DNA of 64,000 bases from Entomortierella parvispora E1425 (lineage: Eukaryota > Fungi > Mortierellomycota): the NCBI GenBank assembly GCA_020891255.1, contig BQFW01000007.1, positions 1,674,001 to 1,738,000 of the forward strand. The letters run 5' to 3'. The position numbers and the translations under genes were made by a program. Positions within the stretch are counted from its first letter, which is position 1, and each line of letters starts with the position of its first letter. The notes under the pieces are model-generated. The model was not told where the DNA came from. It searched no databases and saw only the letters and a list, made by a program, of their open reading frames with translations. Of the stretch, positions 60,848 through 64,000 are shown in pieces.

Positions 60848-61059
60848 GGGTGAAATGAGATTCGCGTGTGAAGGGATGCGAAGGAGCAAAAAAAGGAACA
60901 AAACGGGGAACCGCAAACCGCAAAGCGGGATGGTGACTGTCGAATGGCGAATGGCGGAATGGATCCTCGTGCTGAGCCACACACTCCGCCACTTTCTGCG
61001 CTCGTTCGCATTCCTTCCTTCCTTTGTTCCTCATATTCTCTCATTCCAACAACCCAGCC

Positions 61060-62647
61060 ATGCTCGAGTCGCTCTCGGACAGGAGCAAGCATATCGCCAT
61101 CGGTGCCGCGGTCGGTGTCCTGTTCACCCTTTCGACTACCGCCATTGTTCTGGCCAGCAGAGGATTCGACTCTCATTCAAAAAAGAACCCCAGCCATACC
61201 TCTGGAAGGAACAGCAGGCGGCGATCCTCGATTGGCGAGACTATCAGCAACTTCATTCACCTTCCAAAAGCTAAGGCTGAGCAAGAGCAGCTCATATGCG
61301 ATGGTGTGGCAGGCTTGATCGGTAACACGCCCATGATGAGGATCAAATCCTTGAGTGACGCTACCGGTTGTCAGATCCTGGCCAAGGCGGAGGTATGAGC
61401 ATCACCATTTCTTTTGACGTGTCAAGAGTATCATGGTTCTCAAGAGTCCAATATTTTTTTGCTCACCATCTTTTTTTATTTTGTAGTTCCTCAACCCAGG
61501 TGGAAGCACAAAGGACAGGGTCGCCTTGAGCATGATCAACACTGCTGAAAAGCAACATATTTTGACCCCAGGAAATGGATCGACCATCTTTGAGGGAACT
61601 GTTGGATCAACGGGAATCTCGCTCGCCATGATGGCCAAGGCTCGTGGATACAATGCGTGGATTGTTATGCCAGACGATGTCGCACTCGAAAAATCACAGT
61701 TGCTGGAGAAGCTGGGGGCTCATGTGGAAAAGGTTCGACCAGTCAGTATCGTGGACAAGAATCAGTTTGTAAACTTGGCCAAGAGACGTGCTCAGGAATT
61801 TGGAAAAGATGATGGGGCCGGTCCGAGCGACAAGACTGGATTTTTTGCCGACCAATTTGAGAACCTTGCCAACTTCGAGGCTCACTTTACAACAACTGGA
61901 CCAGAGATTTATAGACAAACTCGAGGAAATGTGGATGCGATCGTCATGGGAGCAGGTAATAACCTTCACTCGTGGGAATAAGACATAATGTATTCCGACA
62001 GCGGGGAATCATACTGACCCATTGCTTTGCCGTTATGATATTTAGGTACTGGAGGTACTCTCGCCGGAGTCGCAAAATACCTGAAAGCGCTACTTCCCGA
62101 TCTCAGAACATATCTCGTAGATCCGCAGGGATCTGGGCTGTTCAACAAGGTCAAATACAACATCATGTACTCTCCTACTGAGAAGGAAGGCAAGAGGAAG
62201 AGACACCAAGTCGATACTGTGGTGGAGGGCGTTGGAATCAACCGATTGACTCGCAACTTTGCCATGTCAGAAGGATTTATCGACGACGCGATTCGTGTGA
62301 CAGATCAGGAGGCTGTTGACATGGCGCGCTATCTCGTGAACCAGGAGGGTCTTTTCATTGGATCGTCCTCAGCTGTCAACTGCGTGGGCGCCGTCAGGAT
62401 CGCCCGTGAGCTTGGACCTGGACACACGATTGTTACGTTGCTTTGTGATTCTGGCCAACGCCACTTGACAAAGTTCTGGTAAGATATTGAGACAGCTGGA
62501 GTTTTATGGCTACACTTTTCTTCTGTTTCTCTTTTCTGACTTCAGCCACCCCTTCTACTCTCTCGTCTCCTTAGGAATGACGAATACCTGGCCAAGCAAG
62601 GACTCGAGGTCAAGGACGTGGTGGACAACTTGGACTTCATCGTGTGA
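61060..62647 (+). CDS. Cysteine synthase-like PLP enzyme (fungal Cys12/Mcy1 group) with N-terminal TM, 4 exons
   Basis: IGNTPM, KAE/FLNPGGSTKDR (PLP Lys), EGTVGSTGIS, DQFENLAN, TTGPEI, GAG/TGGT, VEGVG, EGLFIGSSS, CDSGQRHL. Confidence 0.92.
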
Positions 62648-62784
62648 ATGAAAATGCAATAAAAAAAGTCACAGAAAAACTCAGCCACACAAAAGGCAAG
62701 AAACGGGTGTCCCTGAATGCATGCAATGGTCACAGAGTTCATTTCCCTCTTTCCGTTCAGTTTCACTCCTTCAGGAATACGGGA

Positions 62785-64000
62785 ATGCAAGCAGTTATAC
62801 AACGACAGACGATGCCGCTGTCGCGGATGGTCTTCCGTCATTCAAGAATGGTCGGAGCTATGCCGATTCGTCAGGCATCTCCTTGCCTGCAAAGACACTT
62901 TCATGTCTCTCGCAAGGTGCTCTCACAGGAGTCCAACAGCAACAACACGAAGCAGGGCTCCTTTGCCAGTAAGGGGGAACTGTATATATCACAGGACCAT
63001 TGCTCGGAACGTTATTGCAACGATTGATCTGACAAAACATGGCCCTTCTTTTTCTGCTCTTCTTGAAAAGGTCGCGTCATGGATGCGTGGAAGGGCACTC
63101 CGGTTAAATGGTCCCCTATCCCCATCGGACTGGGTATCGCTTTTATTGCCTTTTTACAATACAACAAGATCTTGCGTCGTGAGGCCGAGCGTGAGCATGA
63201 CGTTTCTAAAGCCCTCATCGTTGGACCTTGGCATGTAAGCTCAAATTTCCAGGATTCATATATGCAAAAACGGTTGCTCCAGAAGACTAACAATCTACTA
63301 TTGCACAATCCCATTGCTGGGGATAGGTTCATGTGATTAGTGAGTTGCCTTTGAAAACGATATCTCGACTTTGGGGTGCGTTCAACAGAATTACTTTGCC
63401 AATGTGGTTCCGTGAACCTGGATTCAAACTGTACAGCTGGATCTTTGGATGTAACTTGGACGAGATGAAGGATCCCAACTTGAAGCATTACAAGAACCTT
63501 AGTGAATTCTTTTACCGCGAATTGAAGGATGGCGCCCGCCCCATCGACTACAACGCCTCATTGGTAAGGAGTTAGGATCTATTAGGTGGCCTGCTATTCA
63601 TCGGCGATGTTACTATTCCTGGTGGGTAATACGTGTTTATTAATACGACATTCTGTTACACTGCGCAGGTTTCTCCATCAGATGGAAGAGTTTTCCACTT
63701 TGGATTGGTGGATGGATCCAGGGTAGAGCAGATCAAGGGCATGTCGTACTCTTTGGATGATTTCCTTGGTTCCCAAAAGGCAGCTGAGACGGCCGAGATC
63801 ATCAAGGCCACACATTCGGCCAACATTGTGGACGAGGAAGAGTTTGCAGAGGTGAACGGAATCTCGTATACGCTGGACAGCTTGCTTGGTCATGATAAGC
63901 AGACGACTTTGGAACACAAGAAACAGGACTTAGAGGGCAATGTCGTTCGGGATGAAGAGGCTGACAAGAAGTCGCAGGAGCAAGGAACGGAAGGACAGGA
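62785..64000 (+). CDS. PSD1: Mitochondrial phosphatidylserine decarboxylase 1, 5' part (runs off the window)
   Basis: Presequence, TM WSPIPIGLGIAF, LPLKTISRLWG, FFYRELKDGARPI, then VSPSDGRVFHFG and VEQIKGMSYSLDDFLG. Confidence 0.93.

Noticed and set aside
1-64000. tRNA, rRNA, CRISPR arrays, intact transposons or retroelements
   Set aside because: No recognisable T-loop/cloverleaf, rRNA motifs, repeat-spacer arrays, RT/integrase/DDE ORFs or LTR/TIR pairs by eye; tRNAscan, Infernal and RepeatModeler were not run.

Overview
Gene-dense, intron-containing fungal DNA, most likely Mortierellaceae (inferred from the F-box/LRR families, the Crinkler gene and short GT-AG introns with CTAAC/CTGAC branch points). 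By joining exons manually I reconstructed about 24 genes. Recognisable ones: ABCC/MRP transporter, SDR, UCH deubiquitinase, PIF1, tetraspanin, DUF3533, histidine acid phosphatase, COX7C/COX8, DUF202, CTF18, PIN-like carrier, UPF0658, ESS2, mitochondrial PheRS, cysteine synthase-like, and PSD1 (partial). Accessory content: one F-box/LRR-family pseudogene, two F-box/LRR genes (one frameshifted), and a ~5 kb Crinkler (CRN) island at 27.4-32.3 kb. The island holds a Ubl-header + P-loop NTPase effector gene broken just before its expected C-terminal toxin domain, plus duplicated CRN fragments. Other points of interest: an uncharacterised His-rich mitochondrial-type membrane protein divergent from COX7C, a two-exon basic protein split across the ORF track, and a GC-AG intron followed by a 12-nt microexon. 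I found no tRNA, rRNA, CRISPR array or intact transposon, and no new system that the sequence alone can prove. All family assignments are by motif recognition; no database searches were run.
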